Positions 14,033-28,643 of a stretch of 64,000 nucleotides of DNA are shown piece by piece. The notes under the pieces are model-generated. The model was not told the DNA's origin. It saw nothing but the letters and a program-made list of their open reading frames with translations, and ran no database searches. The position numbers and the translations under genes were made by a program. Every line of letters begins with the position of its first letter. Within the stretch, counting starts at the first letter, position 1. Source of the DNA: Camelus dromedarius (lineage: Eukaryota); the NCBI RefSeq assembly GCF_036321535.1, contig NC_087436.1:97962001-98026000 (forward strand), in the 5' to 3' direction.

Positions 14033-17000
14033 CAAATCCAGTGATTACAATTTGACTTTATTTAAATAAATTTTAAGGTTCTCAAACTATTGATGAAAAC
14101 GTTCATAGTCCTAATGATAGAAAAATAAATCTTGTCAAAACCATTTCAGTTCTTTTTTACTCATTTCAACTCATTTTCTGTAAGTAAGAGCAGAATTTAT
14201 CAATCTATATTGTCACAAGCATCATATGTAAATAATTAAACTTTCCATTTTTAGTACCTGTATCTACAGCTATACGGAAAATGAAAGACCTGGACCAAAA
14301 GAAAAGGCTTAAGTGGCACAACAGATCAAAATGACACCCTGTGTGGGCTGAATTCCAAGCAGACTCATGCCTTGTATTTAAAAGTTGAAGTGGTGATATA
14401 AATCTCTGTACTCTTTCCGTAATAAATAAACACATATGAGTATCAATTAACTTGATACTGGGTCACACTAGTTCCTAGGAAGAAGTGTCATTTATTATTC
14501 CTGATAATGTTCTAACACATTAAACTATAAAGAAAAGAAGGGGTAAAATCATTCCCCTCATAAAAATATGAAATTAATACATTTTTGAAATATTGTTATG
14601 TAATTAACTAATGAGGGTCTCCAATAAAATGTTAAAGCTAGTATAAAAAACAATTCAGTATGGCAGGAACCATTCACATTACTCAACGAGAAAACATACA
14701 TCACCATTCACTCTCCACAAGTTAACGTCTGTATCTACAAGATTCCAAAATAGACCAAAACAATGAAATACACAGACCCCCACAGAATAAGACATCACTT
14801 CAGGGTCTACTAGACAATGTACTCATGTCATAGAAATGGCTCTCAGGAATCTTTTTGCGTATTTTATTCTTTTATAATTAAAATATGCTTTCATATTTTT
14901 GGGACAGTAATATTTAAATCTTTATTTAAATGACAATGTCTCCCAACAGGACAAGATAGCTTGGATTACTTTTCCAGAAGGTTCTTTTTTCCCAAAAAGC
15001 AAAGGCAAATCTCAGGATTTATTTATTTTCTTGACTGAAATAAGTATTAGAAAACATTTGACAAAAAACTCATTGTAAATATTAGACATCACAAAAAAAC
15101 ACAATGTATATTAAGTACCAACAAATTCAATGCATTTGTTGACAATGTAAAGAAATCTTCAAAACTTTCAAAAGGAGTCAAATCATCCTTTTCTCCACTA
15201 TTATACATGAATAAAAGTATGTAGATCAAGCATGGTTTTAACAAACCTGCATACATTTAACAATCCTCCCTCCTGATACAACTAAATGCATCACTGATGG
15301 CAGAAAGAACAGTTTACTCTGTAGGAGAAATTAAGTCACTTCAAGTTAATTAGCACTTACTTTTTGATAGGGTGGGATGGATGAGCAATTTCATTTGGAA
15401 TAATCTAATTTCCTGGAAGACATGCCTGCCCTTCTCCCATGTTGCTCTATACATGCTATTACATATTTTCCCAGGCTTTTTAAAAAGTATAGTTTCTCCT
15501 ACCAAGAGGTACAGCTTCTCCTTTCCAATGGTCTCTGTTGCTTTTTAATCAAGTAATGTTGGTGACCCTGCTCGCCTCTCAGGTGTTAGGTCCATATGCT
15601 ATGTGTCCTTCCTCCCCCAGGCCAGGCTAGCTCAGCTGTACTCCTCTCAACCAATTCTGAATCCCAGTTGATAGGGCTGGTATTCTGGACGACTGTGCCC
15701 ACAGACGATTGGGAGCCCTCATAGGAGTACTGGCCTCTAAATATTCTTTCTTGTCTATTATACAGATGCTTCCTTTAGCACCGACTTCAGGTACCAAGGG
15801 GGACCCAGAGCTTCTCTGCAAAGGTCAAAACCATCCAAGCTTCACTGCATACCTAGGCAACTAGGAAACTTACCCTCATCCAAACTTGGGTCAAACAAGC
15901 TGTGTCGGGCCCCTTCTCAATATTTTATCAACATCAAAACATCCACATACCCCTGAAGACTCTCACTTTTCCTAACTGATCCAACTTTGTATTCTCACCT
16001 TATAGAGGAAACCTAGGAACTCTTAATTTCTTAGATTCTTGCACATTTCTTTCTCATCTATGGCATGTGGTAAACTTTGTGTGCCATGAGCCCTCTAGCC
16101 TTTATATGCAAAGCCGCATTCTAATAATTCCAGAGAGGTCTTCTAATTCACTCAAGTGCCTGGACTTAAAAAGTGCTTTGGCTTTCAGGCTACTGCTTTT
16201 GCTAAATATTTGCTAAGTCTACTTAAGAGCTCAAAACTAGGAATTTGACTCTTTGTTCTTTCCTTACCATTCCTATCTTGAATAGGAGGAAAATATTTTA
16301 TAGGTTGCATTAAAATATATCAAAATACTCATTTAGTGTAAGGAAAAATCAACTAGTACATTTGGAATCAGTACACCAAAACAACCCAAGTATTATGGAA
16401 TTTCATACAATAATTTTAAAACAAATGTGAAATAAAATTGAGTAGAATTATTTTTGTTGATGTTGTTAGTACTTTCAATGTGATATTTATAATAAAGAAT
16501 TTCAATCCTCACTTTTCCCATGTTGTTGTCATATAGAACAAAATAAAGGTGTATTTGGCTGCTTGATACAAGATATTTCACTATTAATTATCCCACATCA
16601 GGAAGCTATGACTTCCCTTGAATTGTCAAAGAAAAGATAAGAATATAACGAAGTAATGCTAGTTTATCTTTATTTGGCTTAGCACAAAGAGTAGCCTGTA
16701 TAGGACTTCAATGGATATGAATATTCTCAGAAACCTTACAAGGTCCTATAAAAATGTAATACATCCTTCCTATTTGGGGCCCATTCTTGTTACCATGTTA
16801 TGTGGTTGAACTAAAATCTTCCAGCATCCATATAAACACACACATTCATTTTACATGAAATAACATGTACCATAATGCTTTGGGAAGTAAGGAAAAGATG
16901 TACCTTGGACACCAAGAGACCAAGCCCTCTGATTAATTCTGAATTGTAAAATACAGTGAAATCTACAGCTCCCATTGATGCGTTTCCAATGACTGAGGAT

Positions 17001-17139
17001 TTCAAGTAGGTGGACTCTAATTTATCCATACAAACTGTGATATTTTGAAGTGAAAATTGACACTCAAGTCCATCATGCTAAGACATCAAGCATAAACAGG
17101 CAAACTGGGTCACACCATCACGCTAACTCAGAAGTCTAA

Positions 17140-18341
17140 TTTTGTAGAAAAATGAAATTCGACCCCTATCTTATGTGTAAGTAGAATAACATCAGACTAA
17201 AAAACCTTTTTCATAACAAAGTAAACAATCAACAGAATAAAGAGGCAACTGAAGGGAGACCAGAAAATATTTATAGACCATATATCTGATAAGGGTTCAT
17301 ATCCAAAAAATTATAAAGAACTCATGACTCAATAGCAGAAAAAATCCAATTAAAAATGGGTAATGGAACTTAATAGACATCTTTCTAAAGACATACAAAT
17401 GGTCAACAGATACATGGAGAGGTGTTCAAGTTAGCAATTATCAGGGAAATGGAAACCAAAACCACAAGGAGATATCACCTCACACCTCTTAAAATGGGTG
17501 TCATTATACAGAAACGAGATAGCAGGTGTTGGCAAGGATATGGAGAAAATGGAGCCCTTGTGCACTATAGGCAGGGTGTAAACTGGTACAGCCAGTATGC
17601 AAAATGGTACGGAGGTTCCTCAAAAAATTAAAAATAGAACTATCATACGATTCATCAACCCCACCTCTGGGTTTATACCCAAATGGAATCAAAACAGAAT
17701 CTCAAAGAGATATGGGTTATCCCCATGTTCACTGCAGCATCATTCACAATAGCAAAGATATAAAAACAACATGTGTCCATCAATGAATATATAGATAAAA
17801 AATATGTGGTAAATGTATACAATGAAATATTCTACAACCATGAGAAAAAAGGAAATTTACCATTTGTGACACCATAGATGGACCTTGAGGGTATTATTCT
17901 AAGTGAAGTTAAGTCAGACAGAGAAAGACAAATATTGTATGACATCCCTCATATGCAGAATCTAAAAAAGCCAAACTCATAGAAGCAGGGAGTAGGTCTG
18001 AACTTATTAGGAGTTAGGGGATGGGGGAAATGGACTGATATTGATCAAAGTGTACAAACTACCAATTATAAAACAAATGTTTTGGGGATCTAATGTACAA
18101 GATGGTGATTATAGTTAATAATACTGTTATATACTTGAAAGTCGCCAGGAAAGTAAATATTAAATGTTCTCACGACACACAAAAAAATGATAATCATGGG
18201 ACATGGCAGAGGTGTTAGCTAAAGCTATGATGGTGATTATTTTGCAATACAGTATCAACACATTGTATACCTTAAACTTGTACAATGTTACATGTCATTT
18301 AACACATGCCATTAACACATCTCAATAAACCTAGAAAAAAA
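17140..18341 (+). mobile_element. L1 3' portion (L1MA9-like), 5'-truncated
   Basis: ORF2 C-terminal remnants (REMETKTTRRYHLTP, KKLKIELSYD) and an L1MA-type 3' UTR ending ctcaataaacctagaaaaaaa. Confidence 0.92.
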
Positions 18342-19628
18342 TCAAAGGCCAATTCTGTGAAATATTTATCCCAACTTGGGAATAAAAAAGAATAGACCTA
18401 CAACAACTGCTACAATGCATATATAGGAAAAATTATTTTTTAATTGCAGTGGCAGTATAAATTGAGTCCTATTATTCAAGAGGAAGCATAGACAATAATT
18501 TTTACTAAAGATCATGTTTTTGCCCTCAAGATGTCTGTTTTAAATAGCATTCTTGTATTATCATTAATATAATAACTTACTTAACACTCTGAGGATTCTA
18601 AAAAGGATTCCAAATTTTCTTTTTCTGGAATTATAATTGTTTTCTATAATTTATTTTATACGTTATTTCTTTGGTCTCAGTTTTTCATGTTGGAAATGTG
18701 TTTTAAAATATCAAGTGAACCTATGCTATTCGCTCATATCTAAGTGTAGAACACACAAAAAGCTAATTGCAACCTGTAATTATAAGAAGGAGGAAACTTG
18801 TGAACTGCTGAATCTCAATATAGTGGCTTGTTTACTGCATGAATTTAGGGGGAAACCACAACTCTCAGAAATGCTACATTCCTGTGCCCCTAAAATTCTC
18901 TAGAAAGGATAATTGGATTTGCAACTTAACATATGTAAATATAGATCTCAGATTTCAATGGGGAAAGGAGGGTTCACCATGTAGATACTACTTATATTCG
19001 TTATTTTGATTTGAGCAGCCCAGACTTTCTCTCGGTTTGATGACTCTAGTCTTCAGAGTCCCTTAGGTGCTTCCTTTCTAGTTAATCCTAACTACCTCCA
19101 GTTTTCACTTGCATATGAAAGGTGCCTTCTCCCTGACTGTCTGGCATGGTAAAGAGGGCTCCAGGAATCAATTTTTTAATGAGAAATGTCATTTAAGCAA
19201 GAATATATTTTACCTCACTAGAGTAGTGCAGAGAACAGTTAGGATGGAGATAACCTGGAGAAAGGGAATGTTTAGCAAGTGATTGCCACCGCCCATTGGT
19301 AAGTGATAAAAGCTTGCAATTGAGGCAGAGGCAGTGAGAATGAAGATAATTTTTTTCCAGTCTTTTTTCATGTGGATGCTGAAGTAATTGAGTTCATGTA
19401 ACAGTATGCTGTCATTAGGTTTCTAATACATAGAGTAAAATATTCCACTGTAAAGAGTGTAAGGACAGCTGACAACTAACTAAATTCCTCTGTTACCTAA
19501 AAGTTTCCACTGCATTTGTTCTCCACAACAATCATTCACTCCCCAGATTTATCCATCAAAATAAAGTTTGATACTATGCACATTGTGTCTTTGATAATGT
19601 AGTCAAGTGCAAAAGAGCATTCAATTCC

Positions 19629-19657
19629 AAAAAAAAAAAAAAACAAAAAAAAAAAAA
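19629..19657. repeat. Poly(A) tract
   Basis: About 29-nt A run with one interrupting C. Confidence 0.9.
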
Positions 19658-21559
19658 CCGAGTACTTTGAAGAAAAGTTTTCTCAGATTTATTCCATACT
19701 TCATTTTATACATATTCATTAGGACAGATGACATTTTAGCAAAGCTTCAGTGAGGGATTTTAAACCAGATTTTAACGAATACAAATTGAAACAAACATAG
19801 CATCTAACAGTTAATTTTCTTTAGTAAAAAATTGAAACTAAGGAGGAACAAAGTGAGATTTTAAAAAATTAGATTTTTATCATTCCATCTAAACTATAAA
19901 CCATAACTCTTTCTAGTTCAATAGAATGAATAAAAAAAGTATTAAACACTGTAGGTATTTTTCAGTAGAAAATTTCATGGGCAATTATAACACATGTAGG
20001 TAATGCTCTCTAATCTCACTGTAATTATATTTCATGCTTCACAGAAAAATTTAATCACTACAGATGTAAAAAAAAGAAAAAAAAGACTATCATCACCTCA
20101 GAAAGCAAGATGGGGTAACCTATATATCCAGTAGATGTGTTTATCTCTGTGCAATCCCTCTGAAGGTCAGAAATTGCAAGGCTGTGGTCAAAGAACCACT
20201 TACTTAATATATTACTGTGAGGAGGAGATTAAACTGTTACTGAATATATTTCACTAAAATTAAGTTTAAAAGTATTGTCTTTGTCTATGAACATGTCTGT
20301 CTCTCTCTTTTTTAAATTTACTCTTGTCCTCCTGTCTTTGATTAGGTAGAATTCTGGATGCCCCTGTTTATGAAAAGTGCAGATTTGGCTAAGAAGAGGG
20401 AAATGTTTCCTCATTTTATTTTAACTTTTATATTGGTACAATAATAGACAAAAATAATTATTAAATATAGTAGTTTTGCACTATTATTTTAAACAATTAT
20501 TGTGTGATACTAGTTTTAACCTTTGAGGTGAGGGACAATGTATTAACTGAAAGTTGCAGCTAGGATCCTAAGGCATATTGTCCTGATTTCTGATTTTCTG
20601 AATTTTACAGTTTATTAAAGCAGTGCATGGTAAAATGCCATGATAACCTCTACCAACAATGGAAAAGCTCAAGGACTCTGAAGGCAAGAACATATACTCT
20701 CACTGAACTAGGAACTTCAGCTAAATCTTTTCTAAGACTTGTATTTGATAATGGTTTCTGAGAGATGGTGCTAATATTTCTCTTTGTTGTGGAGAATTAA
20801 GTAACGAAATAAATTTTTAAGCAATTTTAAGAATCCATTTTATTTCAACTTACTAAAGTTAATAATTATAGTATACAATGTATAATAAATACAAAATATA
20901 TTAAAATAAAGTATTAGCTTATTAAAATAGACCAACATTTATTTAATAACTCAGCATCTATGATGTAATAAGACAGTCAGTGTTTAATTCCTATCACTTT
21001 TTCTCCCTGATTTTATATAATCATCTGATTTATTGTTTTTAGTCTTTCAGTTTTCACTCATTAGGTAGGTTGTTTTTTTTTTAATTATACAATATACCAG
21101 GCACATTTAACATCAATCAGTGTAAAAGGTTATTATTGATTATTGGTCATGAACATCTGCATATATACCAATCTCTAAATCTTCATTGTAACTTCACTTC
21201 CTCTGACATTAAAAAAATACAATAGCAGGAAAAGGGTAAAATGGAAGGAAAAGACAAACCTCAGTTGCAAAGAAAATGATCTGACAGAGCGCCATGCCAT
21301 CTACTGTACTCTATATATGCCTAACCACTTCAGAATCCGCAAGGATCACTGGATGAAGAGATGCTTGGAGAGAGTGAACAAGATGATCTGAAGACCATAA
21401 GACAATCATAAGAAAGAAAAAAACATTGCCATAGACAGGGACCTAAATGCTAATACCTGAGTGTTGATACTTCTTTAAAATATGGGAAACATTGACTCAT
21501 CTTTGCTTATCTGGAAGGTTTATCAGTAATTATTATATTTTAGAATATGAATGTTTAAA

Positions 21560-23185
21560 AAGTGTTCCAGAAATTCATAAGGTATTTCAAAGGACCTCAA
21601 GTAGTCAAAACAATCTTGAAAAATCAGAGCAAATTTGGAGGAGTCACACACTAGTTTTGCAAACTAACTACAAAAGTAAAGTTATCAAAACAGTGTAGTA
21701 CTGACATAAAGACAGATATGCTGACCAGTGGAATTCAGTTAAGATCCAGAAATAAACTCAGACGTGTACAGCCAACTGATGGTCTACAGGAGTGCCAAAC
21801 CTATTCAAGAACAGTCTCTGTAACAAACGGTGACAGGACAACTGGACTCTCACAGGCAAAAGAATGAAGCCAAACCTCTAATTCACATCATCCACATCAA
21901 TTAACGCAAAAGAGATCAAAGACTTTTCATAGGAGCTACAATAACAAACTTTTAGAAGAAGACATAGGGGTATGATCATTGACTTTGGAAATTTTAAACA
22001 TTCAAAACTTGTGAATCAAAGAAAATTATTAGGAGAGTGAAAAGTGAACCTATAGAATTGAAGAAAATATCTGCAAAACATATACTTGACAAAGGTTTGA
22101 TATACCAAATATACAAAGAACTCCTACAACTCAACAGTAACAACAAAAAAAATAAATTAAAAAAAAATAGGCAAAGGACTTGAACAGATATTTCTCCAAA
22201 GAAGATATACAAATAGCTAATAAGCACACGAAAAGATGCATAACATCATTAATCATTAGGTAACGCAAATCAAAACCACAATCAGATACAACTTCATACT
22301 CATTAGGATGGCTATAACAAATAATAGATATTTTAAAATAGAAAAAAAAGTGTTGACAAAAATGTGGGAAACTTGGAATCCTCACGCATTACTAATGAGA
22401 TGTAAAATTCTGCATCCCCTCTAGAAAACAGTTTGATGGTTAGTTAAACATAGAATTACCATATGACCAACAATTCAATTTCTAAGTACAGTTGACCCTC
22501 GAACTCAGAGTTTAGGGATATTGACCCCTCACACAGTCAGAAATCCGGATATAACTTTATAGTCTTTTGAAACCACAGTTCCATACCTGTGAATTCAACC
22601 ACTCACAGATTGCAAAATACTATAGTAAGTATTTATTGGAAGAAATCAGCATGTAAATGGACTTGGCAGAGTTTGAACCCAGGTTGTTCAAGGGTTAACT
22701 GTACATACCCAAAAGAAATAAAAAGAGGGATTCAGACAGATATTTCCATTACAATGCTTACTGTAGCGAAAAGGTGGGAACAAAAACTATGTGTCCATCC
22801 ACAGATGAATGAATAAATGAAATGTATTCCACACAATGGCATAATATTCAGTTTCAAAAAAGAATATAGTTCTGATTCTTCCTGCAAAAGAGATAACCCA
22901 TGGAAATGCTAAGTGAAATAATATATGATAATGTTTCTATATATGCTTAGAATAGGCAAATTCGTAGAGAAAAGCAGTTGGTTCAAGATCGTCATGGGCT
23001 GGGGTGAAAGGTATGGGGATTTACTGCCCAATGGTAACAGGGCTTCTGTTTGAGGTGATAAAAAAGTTTTAAATAAAAATGATGGCTGCATGACTTTATA
23101 AATGTAATTAACACCACAGAACTGTACATATTAAAATGGCAAATTTTATGTTATATATATTTACTATAATATTTTTTAATTAAAA
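21560..23185 (+). mobile_element. L1 3' portion (L1MB3/4-like) with a nested Tigger MITE
   Basis: ORF2 remnants (TNYKSKVIKTV, aatcaaaaccacaatcagatacaacttcatac) and an L1MB 3' UTR ending aaattttatgttatatatatttactataat. Confidence 0.9.
22489..22701. mobile_element. Tigger2-derived MITE (TcMar-Tigger), 213 bp
   Basis: Terminal inverted repeats cagttgaccctcgaac / gttcaagggttaactg with TA duplication at 22487-22488 and 22702-22703. The L1 sequence rejoins across it (tctaagTA|catacccaaaag). Confidence 0.93.
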
Positions 23186-24269
23186 CATACTTTAATTAAA
23201 TACATGAGGAGGATCTTTAGAGGTAAAACAAACACATAAACTCATTGTTTCCTTAAATACTCTATAAAACAGGAGGAAAAATAAAACTGCTCTTGAAAAA
23301 GGAAGAGTACATATTCTCAGTAGCAAAAATCCAGTGGTTTATTATTTAGTTAACCATGGTCAGTGGGCTCATATCATTTTATAAGTATCTCAAAAGCAGT
23401 TCCACTCAATTATTTTTCCTGGCATTTCCTTTAAAGAATAATATATTCCTAATAATCTGATTGTATATCTCTATACCTTCAAATGATGTTTGACAACTTG
23501 CAACTTATTAATGAGTTCTGAGGCACAGTACAAGCTACTGGGAAATAACTGAATGAGAAACAGACACATTCTTTAGAATATAATGATTTTTAAAATCCTG
23601 ATGTTATTAACCAATCCATCACATATCTCCAGAGTCTAATATCATAGAATCCTATTCTACCTAGTTACTAAAATATTTATTTTACTTCATGCTCATAGTC
23701 AATGGTCAATAAATGCTGCTAAAAGTGATTTAAAGATAAAACAGCCTCTATAACAGATGAAATTTCTGTTGTCCAAAAAGCATAACATAGAGCAATGTGA
23801 ATGTTGTGTTCTGGAGTTTAAAAAGACCTTTAGTGCTTTCATATTTTAGGTATTTCACTGATAGGTAGTTCAGAGATAGCATGTTAACAACTCTAGTTTA
23901 ATATGGACAGTTTTTATGGTGCCTAATCAATGATAAAATTCTAGCCATAGGTTATTTGTTGAGATTTCACATTAACAGATAAACTACAAAAAATGTTTAA
24001 ATCATATCAAATGCATTAAATGGATGGAATGCATTAGACATGTTGTGTCAACAATGATGAACAGAATTCTTTTAAAGAGTTTCAAGACAGTGAAGAAAAT
24101 TATGGTCAGTAATATTTAATAGGGCAAATTGTCTTTTCCAATATTCCTTCTCTTATCTTCAAAGTTATGATTACCCATAAATATACACACATATACATAC
24201 CTGAAAGATAGATGGCTTAGATATATAGAGAGATATTAGAGACAAACAGATAGAAATACCTTTGTCATC

Positions 24270-24538
24270 TCCTGCTCTGGTGGCAAAGAAGCCCTCATGC
24301 TGAGATGAAGCAGCGTAAGGGTAAAGCAGCCCAGGTGGCTGGGCCATACACGAAGTACAGCTGCTCTGAAAGGACACCGACACCGAGACCTACAGTGGTG
24401 CAGTGACTGCTGATTGAGTGTACAGACGCACACACTAGCAACACTACATGTGAATATGGGAGTGGATGTGAATTAAGCCATAGACTGATTTGGGGCTGTC
24501 TAGTCCTATAGCACCATCTAGTTTAAACTGAATGACAC
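24270..24538 (+). mobile_element. MaLR LTR 3' half (MLT1I/J-like)
   Basis: gctgagatgaagcagcgtaagggtaaagcagccc...ttaagccatagactgatttggggctgtc...aaactgaatgacaca. Confidence 0.6.
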
Positions 24539-26100
24539 ACATAGAAAGAAATACTTCTGATTTTTTTCAAATGATTCATGTATTTATCAAATTATGACTA
24601 AAATACTGTGGTATAGTCTCCTAGAATCTGTAGTCCCGTAAATGCCAAACATGTGAATATTGGAAATGAAAGTAGATATGTATGGTCTTTATCAAATCTA
24701 TGTATGTATTTAGTGGATAATTTCAAACAACTTGCTAATACACTGGGTCATTTATATACTTTTCTTAGGTATATAAATACCTTTCTTAGGTACAAATAGA
24801 TATTGAACAGGTTCTCTGACCTGGTTTTCTTGTAGAAACTGTTATGTGGACAGAGGGCTTAGGTTTACTTTCTCTCATTTTCCTTTCTGGACATCACTCA
24901 CAGATCTGGGCAAAATTGTACTGATCCTCTGAGAGCATATAATTCCTCATTTTGAGGTTCAGCCTCTTTTCAGATTTTACCTGAACTTTTCTATCCTTTA
25001 TTTATTGCTAATTTCCCCATGCATAGGTATGTATAAAGGGATGTTTTATATGTGTTTGTTAAAAGGTTTAGATTTTGTAAACTCACCCTAAAGATCTTAA
25101 GGAGAAAAGCAAAATCTAAAAGACCACATGGCAAAGCCAAAGCTATTGTTTGAACTTTTTGGCTTTCTTGTAATGCCTATAAAATTTATGAAAGTGATTA
25201 AGAAAATGCTTTGAATGTCTCTGGATAAATGTAAAAGAGAGAGGAGGAACGTGGTTATGGGCAGATGGAAATGATCAGTCATTGGAAAATCCAAACGTGT
25301 AGTAAGTCATGTAAAAACTTCTAAATCATGGAACATATATAAAAAATTAGACAGTAAAACATTTGTTTTGTATATACTTGATTACCAGACAAAATAATCT
25401 AGAGAAAGCTGGCAAATGTACAAATGGTTAATATTATCAATATTTTAGAACATATTAAAAAACATCTTTAAGAGTTTTTTTAATTGTTGAAATTTGAATG
25501 TCTCTAAGACTGATTTAAAAAAAAAACAAGCAATTACAGAAAATGCATACTTTCTAATTAGATCTAACTAGTTCCTGCTTGTTTCTAATTACAGCTAACT
25601 TTCCTTGGGGAAGAGTAAAAATAGTTATAGAACAATAGAATCTTACTTTGCAAGCATGTCTTCGTATTCCTAAAAGCAATCTTGGTTATTTAACAATAAA
25701 TCTTGTGAATTAAGCACAGAGAAAAAGTGACCGAAAACAAAACAGAAAATCTATATTTTTTCAATTTAGTCTTAAATTCACATTGAAGCCTGTATCACAA
25801 ATTATTTTCATAGACAAAATTATAATAGCACAATTATAGCCAGTAAACCAGTAGACTATGAAAAGCTTCCACCAGTTAAAGTTAGACACTCAGCCTTGAC
25901 TCCTCTATCCTCTTCTGCACTCACCCAGGAATGGGCTCCCCCAAAATGTTGTAGGATGGATAACTCAATAGATACACCACTTTTTGCTGGTCAATGCCTC
26001 CACCTCTGGTTCGATTCCCTACTAATGTCCACTTATCTAGTCTCCTCACTTAATATGTCCCCTCTACATATGCTCTACAAATGCTTTGGAGCAAGGGGAA

Positions 26101-26372
26101 TTTTTTTTTTTTTGCCAACTTTTATATATATTTTTCAGATTATGTTACATTATAGATTATTGTAAGATACTGAATATAATTCCCTGAGCTATATAGTAAA
26201 TCATTGGTGCTTATTTATTTTATGTATAGTAGTTTGTATCTGTTAATACCGTACTCCTTATTTATCCCTTTCCCACCCACCCCTTTTCCTTTGGTAACAA
26301 TAAGTTTGTTTTCTACGTCTGTGAGCCTGCTTCTGTTTTGTATATAGATTTATTTGTATTTTTTTAGATTCT
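26101..26372 (-). mobile_element. Lineage-specific L1 3' UTR (cetartiodactyl type), antisense
   Basis: T run, then tatagtagtttgtatctgttaat...ctttggtaacaataagtttgttttctacgtctgtgag...ttttttagattc. Confidence 0.88.
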
Positions 26373-26394
26373 GATTTAAATTACATGGGAAAAA

Positions 26395-27140
26395 AAAAAC
26401 ATAAAAATAAACTTGACCAAGGAGGTGAAAGACCTATACGCTGAAAACTATAAAACACTGATAAAGGAAATTGAAGATGATTCAAAGAAATGGAAAGATA
26501 GCCTATGTTCTTAGATTGGAAGAATTAATATTATTAAAATGGCCATACTACCCAAAGCAATCTAAAATTTAATGCAATTCCTATCAAAATACTCATGGCA
26601 TTTTTCACAGAACTAAAACAAATAATGCTAAAATTTATATGGAACCATAAAAGATCCAGAATTGTCAAAGCAATCCTGAGGAAAAAGAACAAAACTGCAG
26701 GCATAACCCTCCCAGATTTCAGACAATACTACAAAGCTACAGTAATCAAAACAGCATGGTATTGACTCAAAAACAGATATATAGATCAATGGAACAGAAC
26801 AGAGCCCAGCTATAAACACACACACCTATGGTCATAATCTATGACAAAGGAGGCAAGAATATACAATAGAGAAAAGATAGTGTCTTTAGCAAGTGGTGTT
26901 GGGAAAGCTGGACAGCTATGCAAATCAATGAAATTAGAATACTCCCTTACACCATATACAAAAATAAATTCAAATTGGCTTAAAGACCTAAACATAAGAC
27001 ATGACACCATAAAATTCCTAGAAGAGAACACAGGCAAAAATCTTCTCAAACATAAATCATAGAAGCATTTTCCTAGATCAGACTCCCAAGGCAAAATAGA
27101 TAAAAGTAAAAATAAACAAATGGCACCTAATCAAACTTAA
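26395..27140 (+). mobile_element. Relatively young L1 ORF2 segment (post-RT region), sense
   Basis: Translates to L1 ORF2-like [31 protein letters not shown]. Few disablements. Confidence 0.95.
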
Positions 27141-28643
27141 AGATGTATCTCTTTATTTGGTATCCTTATTGCACTGATTTTCACACTCATGAAGTTTCAC
27201 AGAACTGGTCCTAATAAGTTTCTTTTCCATCTCTGGATCTTAGTAAGTGAAGACTAAGAGGATTCTATTCTCAGAAGGATCCGCTGACACTGTATGTTCT
27301 AACTGACAGTATGTGGACAAAGGAAAAACTATAACCCCCACTCATTCTTTTAGCAAATGTGGTCTTCATCTCTCTTTTCTTTCATGGAGTGCTGTTCTTT
27401 CTTATTTTAGTTGTATGAGGATCAGTGGTCTTGATAACTGAGTTCCAAATGTAAAAGAACAAGCCCAAATGTCAGTATTGGTTTCCTTCTTTCCCTTACA
27501 GATGTTATAAATCATGAATTTCAACTTCAATAGAAACTATTTTTTTTTCCAAATTTAGATCATGTGATTCAATCTTCTCATATTTAAATATTTCACTGTA
27601 ACAACTAATTAGATGAAACTGACTAATTATGTTAACTTGATAATTATTCAATTATTTATAAAAAAAATCAAAATAGAAATATATATGTTAAGTATAATAT
27701 ATATCCTACCCCTAATTCATTGGGATAATACCATGTGGAATACGAAAATTATTTAAACTTGGGTTTCATTCTTTAATTCATTCAGTATCCCTGACTAAGA
27801 ACACTTGATCAATAATCAGATGAAGTTTTAAAATGCACTATTTTGGGGGCAAATTTTCAGAGCTACAAAACACAGCAGAGCTGTTGGGTACAGGTATGGT
27901 ATTTTGTTTGTGTGTTACAAGCAATTTGAGAAGGGACTGACTGCTTCCACTGACCTGATTCACTGAGCAATAATTAAATAATTAAATTTCAACCTCTTAA
28001 ATATGTAGTCAAACACGTAGTACTTGTCTGAGTATCAGATGAGTCTCTGAACTAATTAACTTATTTGGAGATTTTAATGGGAAGTAGAATTATGTCTTAA
28101 AACAAACAAATAAACAAACAGACACCAAGCTCTCAAAAATAGAAAAACAATTAAAAATTAGAGTAAGAGAAAGGTAAATGAGCTATTTATTGCTGTTAAG
28201 GATGAGTAAAATGTAATGCCTGCTACACATACTGACACCATCAGATGAAGAAAAAGGCCAGACTTACAAGGATTTGAGTGCATTTACAAAGGTACTTGCA
28301 ACAAAAGTCTCAGATTATAGAGAAAGGCTTGAGTTTTCAAAGGACACTCCAGAAGCAGGGAGATCTGTAATTGCTTTGTAGAGTAGTTCAAACCGCTGAG
28401 GCAGCATTGCGGATTCAGTATAAAACTGAACAATATTTTATGAAATGAAACAGTACCGAATTGGTTGTTAACACAAGCTGGCCTCAGAAACAACATAATA
28501 CTAAAATTCTAGGAACTGTGAGGACCATACTAAATGGTAGGGGAAAAAAACTTCCAAAATGTATTTATGTTCTCTTATATAAATCTGTTTGAAAATTGGA
28601 AAATATCCATAAATATATTTTTCTAAATAGCATCAATCTAATT

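Noticed and set aside
19629..19657. Long poly(A) as an orphan retrotransposon tail
   Set aside because: No convincing TSD or upstream element
27478..27535. Strong + strand acceptor ttccttctttcccttacag
   Set aside because: Stops in all frames within about 35 nt and no nearby donor
28262..28430. Minus-strand exon-like segment (ttgttcag|...|gtaagt; FYTESAMLPQRFELLYKAITDLP...)
   Set aside because: All three frames hit stops before the donor and the peptide is not recognised. It could still be a non-coding element
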